The translations under genes and the position numbers were made by a program. Source: Parcubacteria group bacterium (GTDB lineage Bacteria > Patescibacteriota > Patescibacteriia > Buchananbacterales > UBA6539). Taken from it: a stretch of DNA of 64,000 nt. The notes under the pieces were generated by a model. That model ran no database searches. It was not told the origin of the DNA and worked only from the letters and a program-made list of their open reading frames with translations. Location of the stretch: the NCBI GenBank assembly GCA_002687175.1, contig NYZP01000034.1:27951-91950 (forward strand), given 5' to 3'. How positions within the stretch are numbered: position 1 is the first letter of the stretch; each line of letters starts with the position of its first letter. Of this stretch, positions 11,156-20,765 are shown in pieces.

Positions 11156-12325
11156 ATGGCTGAAATCAAACCGGAAATTGAAACGTTTGCGAAAATTAAA
11201 GTGGTAGGGGTTGGTGGTTCGGGGGGCGCTGCCATCAATAGGATGGTTCGCTCCAGATTAAAAGGAGTTGAATTTTTAGCGATTAATACCGATGTTCAGG
11301 CTTTACATCATTCTCAGGCTAATACTAAGCTTCATATTGGTAAAATGACCACCAGAGGCTTAGGGGCTGGTATGGATCCAGACATGGGAGGAAAAGCAGC
11401 TGAAGAAAGCCAGAGTGAAATACGCGATCTTTTAAAGGATGCTGACATGGTTTTTATAACCTGTGGTTTAGGCGGTGGTACGGGTACGGGCGCTGCGCCA
11501 ATTATTGCCAATATGGCAAAAGAAGCTGGGGCGTTGACCGTGGCCGTAGTCACTAAGCCATTTACCTTTGAAGGAGTGCAGCGACGTGAAATTGCCGAGC
11601 AAGGTTTTAATAATTTGAAAGACAAGGTAGATGCTATTGTAACGGTGCCAAATGATCGGCTGTTACAAATTATTGATAAAAAAACTTCTTTGCTGGAAGC
11701 TTTCAAAATATGTGATGATGTTTTAAAACAGGGTGTTCAGGGTATTGCTGAGTTAATAACTGTGCCGGGACTAGTTAATGTTGACTTTGCTGACGTTAAA
11801 ACCATTATGTCCGACACCGGTTCAGCTTTAATGGGTATTGGCCAGGGTAGTGGTGACAATCGGGCCGCTGAGGCTGCCAAGTCAGCAATCTCCAGTCCGC
11901 TTCTTGAATTATCAATTGATGGTGCTAGAGGAATTTTATTTACGGTTGTTGGTGGATCAAGCCTGGGAATGCACGAAGTTAACGAGGCTGCTAAAATTAT
12001 TACTCAATCGACTGATTCATCAGCGAAAGTTATTTTTGGCGCCGTGGTTGATGAAGATATGAAAGATGAGGTAAAAATTACGGTTATTGCTACTGGCTTC
12101 ACTGAACGAGACGGCAAGGGGATCAGTGAGTCGGTATTAAATCAAGATTCGGTTTATTCGCCCAGCGAGTTTGTTGCTAATCAAGAACCGGTTGAAGAAG
12201 TGCGCGAGGTTAAACGGGTACCAAAAAAGAAGGTAGCTAAGAAAACTGTTGTTAAAGATGTTGAAAAAACTGCCGAAGAGGAAGAATTAGAAATTCCCGC
12301 CTTCATTAGAAAAAAAATGAAATAA
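11156..12325 (+). CDS. ftsZ: Cell division protein FtsZ
   Basis: GGGTGTG, NVDFAD and C-terminal EIPAFIRK. Confidence 0.99.
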   Translation: MAEIKPEIETFAKIKVVGVGGSGGAAINRMVRSRLKGVEFLAINTDVQALHHSQANTKLHIGKMTTRGLGAGMDPDMGGKAAEESQSEIRDLLKDADMVFITCGLGGGTGTGAAPIIANMAKEAGALTVAVVTKPFTFEGVQRREIAEQGFNNLKDKVDAIVTVPNDRLLQIIDKKTSLLEAFKICDDVLKQGVQGIAELITVPGLVNVDFADVKTIMSDTGSALMGIGQGSGDNRAAEAAKSAISSPLLELSIDGARGILFTVVGGSSLGMHEVNEAAKIITQSTDSSAKVIFGAVVDEDMKDEVKITVIATGFTERDGKGISESVLNQDSVYSPSEFVANQEPVEEVREVKRVPKKKVAKKTVVKDVEKTAEEEELEIPAFIRKKMK

Positions 12326-12440
12326 AACAAGAACAAAACCAATAAAAAAGTAAAATAATAAAAAAAGCAAAAAAGTTCCAAAAAGAAAAAAATAAAGTAG
12401 TGCGAGGTTGAAAATTTATAATAAGACACCAGGTCTTATT

Positions 12441-12510
12441 TTTTAGTCGCCAGAATGGTGAGCTAAACTTTTTTAGTCGCCAGAATTTCGGGCTAAACTT
12501 TTTTAGTCGA
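12441..12510. repeat. 30-bp tandem repeat (about 2.3 copies) upstream of nrdJ
   Basis: ttttagtcgccagaatggtgagctaaactt / ttttagtcgccagaatttcgggctaaactt / ttttagtcga. Confidence 0.85.
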
Positions 12511-12587
12511 TAATAACGGTTGACATTTAATAGGTAGAATATTTCTAGCTGGTAAATGCTAATTGTTATACTTTATATATTAAAAAT

Positions 12588-14999
12588 ATGATATTAGGAT
12601 TAGGAGAACAAAAAGTAAAAATAGCAAAAAATGCCATGAAGGTGCTGGAAAGTCGTTATCTTCTTAAAGATGAAGAGGGTAACGTGATCGAAAAACCACT
12701 AGAAATGTTTAAGCGAGTGGCCAGTCACATTATTAAAGCTGAAGATCAATATAAGGTTGATAAAGAAAAGAAGGAACAGTTGGAAAAAGCCTTTTTGGAA
12801 ATCATGATTAATTTGGAGTTTTTGCCAAACAGTCCGACTTTTAGTGGAGCGGGAACTAAGCTTGGTCAACTAGCAGCTTGTTTTGTACTCCCAGTTGGCG
12901 ATTCGATGAATGAAATTTTTGAATCAATTAAAAATACTGCTTTAATACATAAGTCAGGTGGTGGTACGGGATTTGCTTTTTCACGTTTGCGACCGGCCAA
13001 AGACCCAGTTCGCTCAACCAGTGGTATGGCTTCCGGGCCAATTTCCTTTATGAACGTTTTTGATGCTGCTACCGAGACCATTAAACAAGGTGGTACCAGG
13101 CGCGGAGCTAACATGGGAATCCTCAGAGTGGATCATCCTGATATCATGGAATTCATTACCGCCAAAGAGGATAATGATAAATTAAATAATTTTAATATTT
13201 CGGTGGCTATTACTGATAAGTTTATGGAAGCCTTGGAGAAAGATGAAGAGTACGATTTAGTTAATCCTCATGACAATAAAGTTTTTGGTCAGTTAAAAGC
13301 TAAAGAAGTTTGGGCGAAGATTCTCCATCACGCTTGGAAGAATGGTGATCCTGGACTTATTTTTATTGATCAAATAAATCGACAGAATCCAACCAGACAC
13401 ATTGGTTTGATTGAAAGTACCAATCCTTGTGGTGAACAACCATTGTTGCCCTATGAATCATGCAATTTGGGGTCCATTAATTTGTCTAATTTTGTTAAAG
13501 AGAAAAAGATTGATTATAATAGATTGAAAGATGTAATTGAAGTATCGATTAGATTTTTGGACAATGTGATTGACATGAATCGTTATCCGCTTAAAGAGAT
13601 TGAGCAGATGACCAAAAATAATCGTAAAGTTGGTTTAGGCGTGATGGGCTGGGCGGATATGTTGATTAAGCTTGGCATTGCCTATAATTCTACAGAAGCG
13701 ATTGACCTTGCCGATGAACTGATGAGTTTCATTCGAAAACATGCTGATAAAGCTTCAGTGGCTTTGGCTAAAGAAAAAGGAGTTTTTCCAAATTTTGAAG
13801 GTAGTAGTTACGACACTCCTGACAGTGAAGGGATGCGAAATTCTACTCGAACGACAGTCGCGCCAACCGGTACTTTAAGTATTATTGCTTCCTGCTCTTC
13901 AGGGATTGAACCAATTTTTGCTTTAGCTTATGTTCGTCGGTCACACATTGGCAGAAAAGGTGACGATTGGGTTGAGTTAATTGAAGTTAATCCCGAGTTT
14001 GAACGTATTGCTAAAGAACGAGGATTTTACTCTAAGGAATTGATGGAAAAAATTTCGCAATCAAATTCCATTCAAGATTTTGAAGAAATTCCTGATGATG
14101 TTAAAAAAGTATTTGTCACTGCCTACGATACTTTGCCAGAATGGCATGTTCGAATGCAAGCAGCTTGGCAGAAACATATTGATCAAGCGGTGTCCAAGAC
14201 CATTAATTTCCCTAACGATGCTTCGGAAGCTGATGTTGCCAAAGCTTATATTTTGGCCCACGAAACTGGTTGCAAGGGAATTACTATTTATCGTGATGGC
14301 AGTCGGGCAGTGCAAGTTTTATCAACTGGTAAAACCAAAAAAGATGCTAAGGCTACTTCTGACTCGGAAGCGCCGGAACAGCCATTCTATAAAAGAGAAC
14401 GGCCAACAGCAATGCGAGGCACAACCTACAAGAATAATATTTCCTATGGAGATCTATATGTCACCATTAATGATGATGAACAAGGCAATCCGTTTGAAAT
14501 TTTTGCGACTATTGGCAAGGCCGGTGGATTTTTCTCGGCCAAGTCAGAAGCGATTTGTCGTTTAGCCTCCCTTTCTCTAAGGGCTGGTATTCCACCCGAA
14601 GAAGTTATTGCTCAAATCAAAGGGATTCGTGGACCAATGCCATCATGGAGTGAAGGTGGTATGGTGCTGTCATTACCAGATGCTATTGCTCAGATTATGA
14701 TAAGACACATTACTAAAGAACAACCTAAGCTCGGTTTAGAATTTAAGTCACAAAGCAGTGAACAAATTAGCAAAGAGGGCATGGGTCAGCCAGCAGTTAA
14801 CCCAATTGCTAACCCAGTTCCCAGCCCAATACCAGTTGCCGTTGGCACTGGTAATCAAAATGGTAATCCAAACGGGGTAACCATTAAACGTGAAATAGCT
14901 GATTACGGTACGGCTCCAGAATGTCCGGAGTGTAGCAGTATCCTAGAAATTTCTGAAGGCTGTTTAAAGTGTAACGGTTGTGGTTATACACATTGCTAG
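12588..14999 (+). CDS. nrdJ: Adenosylcobalamin-dependent (class II) ribonucleotide reductase with C-terminal TSCPD-like domain and Zn ribbon
   Basis: PNSPT, ACFVL, GGTRRGANM, TNPCGEQ and APTGT motifs; C-terminal CPEC...CLKCNGCGYTHC. Confidence 0.93.
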   Translation: MILGLGEQKVKIAKNAMKVLESRYLLKDEEGNVIEKPLEMFKRVASHIIKAEDQYKVDKEKKEQLEKAFLEIMINLEFLPNSPTFSGAGTKLGQLAACFVLPVGDSMNEIFESIKNTALIHKSGGGTGFAFSRLRPAKDPVRSTSGMASGPISFMNVFDAATETIKQGGTRRGANMGILRVDHPDIMEFITAKEDNDKLNNFNISVAITDKFMEALEKDEEYDLVNPHDNKVFGQLKAKEVWAKILHHAWKNGDPGLIFIDQINRQNPTRHIGLIESTNPCGEQPLLPYESCNLGSINLSNFVKEKKIDYNRLKDVIEVSIRFLDNVIDMNRYPLKEIEQMTKNNRKVGLGVMGWADMLIKLGIAYNSTEAIDLADELMSFIRKHADKASVALAKEKGVFPNFEGSSYDTPDSEGMRNSTRTTVAPTGTLSIIASCSSGIEPIFALAYVRRSHIGRKGDDWVELIEVNPEFERIAKERGFYSKELMEKISQSNSIQDFEEIPDDVKKVFVTAYDTLPEWHVRMQAAWQKHIDQAVSKTINFPNDASEADVAKAYILAHETGCKGITIYRDGSRAVQVLSTGKTKKDAKATSDSEAPEQPFYKRERPTAMRGTTYKNNISYGDLYVTINDDEQGNPFEIFATIGKAGGFFSAKSEAICRLASLSLRAGIPPEEVIAQIKGIRGPMPSWSEGGMVLSLPDAIAQIMIRHITKEQPKLGLEFKSQSSEQISKEGMGQPAVNPIANPVPSPIPVAVGTGNQNGNPNGVTIKREIADYGTAPECPECSSILEISEGCLKCNGCGYTHC

Positions 15000-15025
15000 T
15001 TAAAGTTTAAATATAAAAGAGAAAT

Positions 15026-15060
15026 AAAAACAAACCCCTACTAGGCAGGGTTTGTTTTTT
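15026..15060. terminator. Bidirectional intrinsic terminator
   Basis: aaaacaaaccct...agggtttgtttt hairpin between convergent genes. Confidence 0.7.
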
Positions 15061-15137
15061 AATATTATATAAAAAAACGGTAGTAAGCACTTAGCTTGCT
15101 ACCGATGAAGTACAATGAACCTTTGGTTGGTTCTGGT

Positions 15138-15626
15138 TTATGTCTCCTCTTGCCTGTTCTTTGCGAGAGCTTTTTCGAACATTTTTTGCATCTCTTCTTC
15201 CAGGCTCCACCGGGGAATCGGTTCTGCGTACCAGTTAGCGTCGAATAGGAGCTTGGAAAATTCCAGTAACTCTTCCCAGCTTGCGTCGCCATGAGTAAAT
15301 TGGAGAAATCCTACCTCAACTTCAGAGCTGTCCAATTCGACTGTTATCGCACTGAGAAGCGAGCATCCGGGCGGACCCATCGCTATTTCTCCTTCGTTGG
15401 TTAGTGTGGTAGTGGCGAGGTCGAACCAGAGCCAATGAGAGTCAGAAAACTCGAACCGCGGATTACGCCAGTCATCGCTACTCATACTCCGCCTAACACC
15501 AATGACGCCTGGGGCGAATTCCTGAACCTCCGCCGGAGATCCGTAGAAGGTCGGAGGGTCTTCCTCTTTGGCTACTACCAGAAGTTGCTTTCCTGTTAGC
15601 TTTTGCCGTTCTTCGGTATCGGTCAT
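15138..15626 (-). CDS. Hypothetical protein (likely start MTDTEER)
   Basis: Long ORF; GAGG SD-like sequence upstream of ATG 15626; no recognised motif. Confidence 0.6.
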   Translation of the reverse strand: MTDTEERQKLTGKQLLVVAKEEDPPTFYGSPAEVQEFAPGVIGVRRSMSSDDWRNPRFEFSDSHWLWFDLATTTLTNEGEIAMGPPGCSLLSAITVELDSSEVEVGFLQFTHGDASWEELLEFSKLLFDANWYAEPIPRWSLEEEMQKMFEKALAKNRQEET

Positions 15627-15745
15627 GACCTTTTCCTCTCGAGTCATTTTCACGATCATTTTAGTTGACCTAGAACAATATATCTTATTATTATCACGCA
15701 TTATATTTAATTGTCAAGACTATCTTATTGGTTTATAATAATGTA

Positions 15746-16267
15746 ATGAAAAGCGACCTGGGAAAAATCCATGTCTACACTGGTGACGGCAAAGGAAAAA
15801 CCACTTCGTCATTTGGTTTAACCATGCGCGCCATTGGTGCCGGCTATAAAGTTTATATTATTCAGTTTCTCAAAGGTCAGGACTATAGTGAATTAAAGAT
15901 CATAAAAAAATTGCCTAAAGTTGGTTTTAAACGTTTTGGTCTAAAAACTTTTGTTTATCAAAAAGGCACCAGAGTGGACAAGAGTTTAGCCAAGCAGGCT
16001 TTAGACTGGTCATTCAAAATTGTTAAGTCGGGAAAATATGACATGGTAATCTTAGACGAAATATTTCCCGCAGTTTTTTTTAAACTTATTAAAAACAGTG
16101 ACATCATAAAAATTATCAAAGCCAAGCCAGAAAATGTTGAGCTGGTAATGACTGGCCGTCGGGCTCCTGAGCAAGTTATTAAATTGGCTGATTACGTTAC
16201 TGATATGAAAGAAGTTAAACATCCTTACCAAAAAGGCTTGGTGGCCAGGAAGGGGATTGAGGATTAG
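15746..16267 (+). CDS. cobO: Cob(I)alamin adenosyltransferase, CobO/BtuR type
   Basis: YTGDGKGKTT, QFLKG, ILDEI, MTGR, KHPY...ARKGI; ttgtca-17-tataat promoter suggests a leaderless ATG at 15746. Confidence 0.93.
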   Translation: MKSDLGKIHVYTGDGKGKTTSSFGLTMRAIGAGYKVYIIQFLKGQDYSELKIIKKLPKVGFKRFGLKTFVYQKGTRVDKSLAKQALDWSFKIVKSGKYDMVILDEIFPAVFFKLIKNSDIIKIIKAKPENVELVMTGRRAPEQVIKLADYVTDMKEVKHPYQKGLVARKGIED

Positions 16268-16274
16268 GTTGTAG
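16239..16274 (+). repeat. Direct repeat, copy 1 (cobO 3' end)
   Basis: 32/36 identity to 17986-18021, with a 21-bp exact core. Confidence 0.85.
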
Positions 16275-16544
16275 GAGATTATTGTTGATTGGCATTATCA
16301 TCAAGGTTGTCATAAATTTAGTGGCCCAGCCCTGAAGGGCAGGGCTATCGTGTAATTGTTATAAGCAGGTGACGAGAGTAGTCCCGCCGGAGGCGGGGCT
16401 TTATTGTATATCCCTGGACTAAAGGATTGGCCTGGGCGAAGGTGGGTACTGAGGTAGATCCATCCATCATTTTATGGGTACGGGGGGGTTGAGAAGGTTG
16501 GGGTAGGGTTTGAAATAGTAAGGGAGTTGATGTAATATAGATTT

Positions 16545-17978
16545 ATGGAAAGAGAATTAAATTACAATCCAGAAGCTGAGGTTCGCAAGGAACGCACTTC
16601 TCTAAGGGAAATTTTTACTTTAGCAAAAGGCAAAATAGTTGAAGAGCTAATAAAATTTTTGTCGAAAAAAGATGACGAAAAAGTTGAAGCATATGTTAAA
16701 AAGGTGGGAAAAATGGCTGATCTTAATAGAGCCACTGGAGATTTTTTTCGTTCACTTATACCACAATCCTTAAATCTCCCGCAACGGGAATATGAGCATA
16801 CCGATGAAAGAAATGTATATGAGCATCTTGTTGACAATGCGCAATCTGTCCAACAACGTCGTCATCAACAACCAGAAACTATCTCTGGAGAATCTTATAA
16901 AGATTATGCAGATAATCTAGATGACCCCAGTCTTTCTGAAGCCTCGGAAAAAATCAGTGCAGTAGAGGAATCTGAAACTGGTGGGGTTAAGACTCAAAGT
17001 GCAATAGCGTCATATTCACAGGAAGGTGGAAAGAATGTAGTTAGAGAATTTGTTTATAATAATTTTCATACAATGAAAGATGGCAGAGCAGTTAGTTTAT
17101 CATATGCCGCACTCTTGATCGTAGATATTAAAAGTGGTCAAGGAATCGAATTAAAACAATTACTGCCTACTGGCTATGAATTTGTTCCTTCTCAACTTAA
17201 CGAGAGGACTCTTGAATTAGTCAAGGAGAAGGGAGAATCAAGCTCAAAGCTCATCTCACGTTTAATGCGTCATGACCTTAAGGAATACAGAGGAACGAAA
17301 GAAGCAAAGGACAATTTTGTCCTTGCAGGGAAAAAGGTGGAGTATGGCGATCTAACTGAAAAAGGAGGTATGCTATCTCTCTTACATGAGATTGCTCATA
17401 GCTGGCAAAGGGCTCATGATTTGGCAGAAGGGCGATATAACTTTGAAGATTTTTATAAAGAAGTTGGCCTGGAAGTAGCAGTGTTAAATTCTATCAGGAA
17501 AGAAGTTGAAGCAGGAGAATGGGAGCAAGAAGATTATCAAAACAGAGTTCTACCCGAGACGATAGCTGACCTAAAGAAGATTGGTGTAGAAATTGACGAA
17601 GATTATTTTTACCAGACAGACAGACCTGGTCGAAAAGGAGAAATTCGGATAAGAAGGTTGGGCGAAGAGCTACCTAGTGGTGAGTACTCATATGATCACT
17701 TTTTTATCAAAACTGATAAACTTGCCCCCTTGGTTGATGATTACGCCAGAGAAGAACGAGATGCCTGGGCTCATGCCATTCGAGTTTTGCGTTTCTTAAG
17801 AAAAAAAGGGATTGATCTTGAACCACAGCTTAAGAGCTCAAAAGATTTTAGAGAAATTATTGACCCCGCTTTAGGCTCGTATCAAAAAAGTTTAGACAAG
17901 GAAGTTGAGTTTTCCGCCGAACCTGAAAGTAGAAAATTTCTTCGAAGAAAATCAATTGACCAAGCAGATGCGGTCTGA
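16545..17978 (+). CDS. Hypothetical protein with HExxH zinc-metallopeptidase-like motif
   Basis: SLLHEIAH plus downstream EERDAWAHA. Confidence 0.65.
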   Translation: MERELNYNPEAEVRKERTSLREIFTLAKGKIVEELIKFLSKKDDEKVEAYVKKVGKMADLNRATGDFFRSLIPQSLNLPQREYEHTDERNVYEHLVDNAQSVQQRRHQQPETISGESYKDYADNLDDPSLSEASEKISAVEESETGGVKTQSAIASYSQEGGKNVVREFVYNNFHTMKDGRAVSLSYAALLIVDIKSGQGIELKQLLPTGYEFVPSQLNERTLELVKEKGESSSKLISRLMRHDLKEYRGTKEAKDNFVLAGKKVEYGDLTEKGGMLSLLHEIAHSWQRAHDLAEGRYNFEDFYKEVGLEVAVLNSIRKEVEAGEWEQEDYQNRVLPETIADLKKIGVEIDEDYFYQTDRPGRKGEIRIRRLGEELPSGEYSYDHFFIKTDKLAPLVDDYAREERDAWAHAIRVLRFLRKKGIDLEPQLKSSKDFREIIDPALGSYQKSLDKEVEFSAEPESRKFLRRKSIDQADAV

Positions 17979-17985
17979 AATGACG

Positions 17986-18021
17986 TGGTTGCTAGAAAGG
18001 GGATTGAGGATTAGGTTATAG
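17986..18021 (+). repeat. Direct repeat, copy 2 (displaced cobO 3' end, VARKGIED*)
   Basis: tggttgctagaaaggggattgaggattaggttatag. Confidence 0.85.
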
Positions 18022-18212
18022 TAAAGTTAATATAGTTTGCTAAATAAAATCGCCATAGTGATAGATGACGATTTTTTTGACAGAAATCAGTTTGATTATT
18101 TTCTTATTTCGTGATAAAACAAGCTTATTATTGCACTTTGAAATTACCATAACACAAATTTGTGTTTACCAATTTAAATCCGGAAGCGGGTAGCTTACAA
18201 GGAGAAGGCACC

Positions 18213-20003
18213 ATGAAAAATGAAGGTGAAGTTGTTAAGCTCTCGCTACCACGAGGGTATACTAAACTACCAGTTGAAGAACTGGAAAGTCTGTACCGCG
18301 AGATCGAGGATCGCCGCACCGATGATGCCGAGCTGGCCGAGACACTTAAGCATCGGTTAAGAAAGGTCATCAGACGTAGGAAAGGGTCTTTAAGTATTGC
18401 TACAACAACTCCGTCAATTGAGCTTGATTCCGGTTTGCCAAGTTTTCCGGTACACAACACCGGAGGTTTGCCGGTTGGCGGGGCGAATTGTCTGCTTGAT
18501 CCGATCTCAATTGTTCATGAACAATGGTTCAGAGTTGTTAAGGAAATTGCCTGCGGCCTGATTGGCCAAACCGATGGGATAACTCCTACATTCAGTATTG
18601 AGGAAGTGCGCGACGACAGAAAGAGTGCCGTCCGCTTTGTAGTTCGTTGGAGTATTCCACGATTTTTGAGTATTGAAGATCTGTTAGGGGTCTTCAAAGT
18701 TACTCAAGAATCTTTTAGGAGCCGTCAGGTGACTGGACACAAAAGCGTTGATCGACCAAAAGCCAGTGGCTGGGAGCAAGTTATTAGCTACTATGACGTT
18801 AATGACCATATTGTTAAAGGCCGCCGAGGTGTCTATTTTGGGCCTGAAGGTGATTGGGATAATCATGCTACTGGCGTAATCGTGTCGCGACAGTTCAAAA
18901 ATACTAGCGAAGCCATGTATCTGCAGTCGGAGTATCCGGACGAATTTCTTTCACGTTGGGCTCAAACAAAACCGAAAAAGTGTGAGACATTCATCGAAGT
19001 TCGACTGCCGTCAGAAAAGGAAAAGTTTACCCAGCAGGAAGACGCCTTGTATCTGGTGGTTCAGTTGGCGTTTTTGTTCGCCAAACAAAAACGTTTAGAA
19101 AAGCGTCTTCTAATGGCCGCTATTTTCAAAGCGCTCAACCGAGTCGGCACCGCGCCGATCGCCAGAGAGAAGCTGTTTGGTATGCGTGAAATTTTAGAGG
19201 CGGTTGAGCGTACTTTGTTACTGCCACTGGAACAACCAGTGCTGGCTCAAGAGCTGGGTATTGTTCCGGAATCCATTCTGGAGGTCGGCGTTAAGGGAGT
19301 GGGCAAGACTTTTCTGGCTCATTACCTGATGGCCGGTGATTACGCGGCCATTTTTGTGGCCATTAATTGCAGTTCGTTGTTGATCGATCTTCAGCAAAGA
19401 GGTGCTTCTATCTTGGAACGGATCGATCAGATTTCCGATGAATGCCAGCTACCGGTGGTGTTGATTATCGATGACATTGATATTGTTCTGGATAAAAAGG
19501 AAAAAACAGTGGCTATGGTACTCAACTGGATGCAAAGTATCCGGCAGAAAGGTTTTTACATTCTGGCCACCACCAACTATCCGGAACGGATCGATGACCG
19601 GATGATGGAACCTGGACGGTTGTCTCGCATCTTGCACGTTGACTTGCCTAATCCACAGGATCGTTGTGGAGTGTTAGACAGCCACACCAAGGATCTACCG
19701 ATTGCCGAAAAAGAACGGCAAGCGGTCATTAAGTGGTTGGCCAAGGAAACCAAGGGCTGGACCCAGCGTTTTCTTTGGGAGTTAGTCCAAGAGGCCGCCC
19801 GTAACTGTGGTTTGGCCTTACTTGGCGGAAAAATTCAAAGTCAGGCTAATGGCACCGAAGTGATGCTCAAGCGGGAGCACTTTGAACAAGCGTTAAAGGA
19901 ATTGTCCCAGCGCATTGATAAGAAAAGTATTGGTGAGGAGAACGATAGGGTTCATAAATTTGTGAGTAAGAAGAGGCAAGAGATTGGTTTTCGGACCGAT
20001 TGA
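18213..20003 (+). CDS. AAA+ ATPase with uncharacterised N-terminal region
   Basis: Walker A GVKGVGKT, Walker B LIIDDID, ATTNYPERID..MMEPGRL; AAGGAG SD before ATG 18213. Confidence 0.85.
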   Translation: MKNEGEVVKLSLPRGYTKLPVEELESLYREIEDRRTDDAELAETLKHRLRKVIRRRKGSLSIATTTPSIELDSGLPSFPVHNTGGLPVGGANCLLDPISIVHEQWFRVVKEIACGLIGQTDGITPTFSIEEVRDDRKSAVRFVVRWSIPRFLSIEDLLGVFKVTQESFRSRQVTGHKSVDRPKASGWEQVISYYDVNDHIVKGRRGVYFGPEGDWDNHATGVIVSRQFKNTSEAMYLQSEYPDEFLSRWAQTKPKKCETFIEVRLPSEKEKFTQQEDALYLVVQLAFLFAKQKRLEKRLLMAAIFKALNRVGTAPIAREKLFGMREILEAVERTLLLPLEQPVLAQELGIVPESILEVGVKGVGKTFLAHYLMAGDYAAIFVAINCSSLLIDLQQRGASILERIDQISDECQLPVVLIIDDIDIVLDKKEKTVAMVLNWMQSIRQKGFYILATTNYPERIDDRMMEPGRLSRILHVDLPNPQDRCGVLDSHTKDLPIAEKERQAVIKWLAKETKGWTQRFLWELVQEAARNCGLALLGGKIQSQANGTEVMLKREHFEQALKELSQRIDKKSIGEENDRVHKFVSKKRQEIGFRTD

Positions 20004-20161
20004 TTGTTTACGGCTCGAGTCAAATAAGACTTGAGCCATTTTTTTAGAAGGAATTTATATTAAATATCTAAGTGTGTCTTGACAAATTCGGTAATGTTTG
20101 ATAGTGTTTTATGATGTTAAAAATAGCGGCGGCTGTTCAAAGTTAGAGGAGGAAAATAGCT

Positions 20162-20416
20162 ATGAAAGTCGTAGTAATGAGAAATGCCTTAGATGAGCTG
20201 GGGAAGAGGATGGTTATGGGAATCGTCGAAGCCATTGGTGGTGAAATCCTCAGCGCTCCAGACACCATGGTTGCCTTGGCAAATGACGACTGCAAAGATG
20301 GTCCAAGTATCATTTGCAGCATCATGAAGGATGAGAGACAGACATTTACGGCTGTCGAAGAATTGGCAGGCAAACAAGAGATTGAGGTTGTCAATCTTGA
20401 CTTCATGAAGGTATAA
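20162..20416 (+). CDS. Small protein resembling the DAHP synthase ferredoxin-like (ACT-like) regulatory domain
   Basis: GAGGAGG SD; own promoter-like TTGACA and terminator; MKVVVMR...IICSIMKDER pattern resembles MIVVMK...IIGIIGDER. Confidence 0.5.
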   Translation: MKVVVMRNALDELGKRMVMGIVEAIGGEILSAPDTMVALANDDCKDGPSIICSIMKDERQTFTAVEELAGKQEIEVVNLDFMKV

Positions 20417-20451
20417 CATTCTTGCAAAATGACCATGCTTTTTAACACAAA

Positions 20452-20483
20452 AGGTCGTCAAAATTTTGACGACCTCTTTTTTT
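20452..20483 (+). terminator. Intrinsic terminator
   Basis: aggtcgtcaaaattttgacgacct followed by a T-tract. Confidence 0.7.
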
Positions 20484-20518
20484 ATTTATGCTATCTACTT
20501 ATCCCCATCACGGTTTAT

Positions 20519-20547
20519 TTGACAGGACATCTCCAGTATTATACAAT
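20519..20547 (+). promoter_or_regulatory. Sigma70 promoter of the riboswitch operon
   Basis: TTGACA-17-TACAAT. Confidence 0.8.
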
Positions 20548-20564
20548 CATATTACCTTAAAAAA

Positions 20565-20707
20565 TAGTTTTAATTTCAGGGAAGTGAGGTGTGATTCCTC
20601 CGCTGACCCGCAACTGTGAAACCTCTATCTAAATTAGGTAAGGGGTTAAGCCAGACCACTGAAATTAGAGCTAACTATAATTCACTAAGCTCTTCGAGGT
20701 ACGAGAG
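20565..20707 (+). promoter_or_regulatory. Cobalamin riboswitch (short, class-II-like)
   Basis: AGGGAA.TGAGGTGTGATTCCTC.GCTGACCCGCAACTGT...AAGCCAGA (B12 box); closing helix tagttttaatttcag/ctgaaattagagcta; P13-like hairpin ctcttcgaggtacgagag. Confidence 0.9.
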
Positions 20708-20736
20708 TCGGTGATGTCTGATATGGACATTTTCGC

Positions 20737-20760
20737 TCTCCCTTGAACAGGGAGATTTTT
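20737..20760 (+). terminator. Putative riboswitch expression-platform terminator
   Basis: tctccc ttgaaca gggaga ttttt. Confidence 0.6.
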
Positions 20761-20765
20761 AATTT

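Noticed and set aside
12441-12510. CRISPR array
   Set aside because: Only about 2.3 contiguous units, the variable part is 5 nt, and there are no cas genes in the window
12588-14999. Intein or intron in nrdJ
   Set aside because: Catalytic motifs are contiguous and the length is ordinary
20111-20146. Ala-rich mini-ORF MMLKIAAAVQS as a fourth attenuator leader
   Set aside because: No terminator/antiterminator between it and the next gene; could be chance
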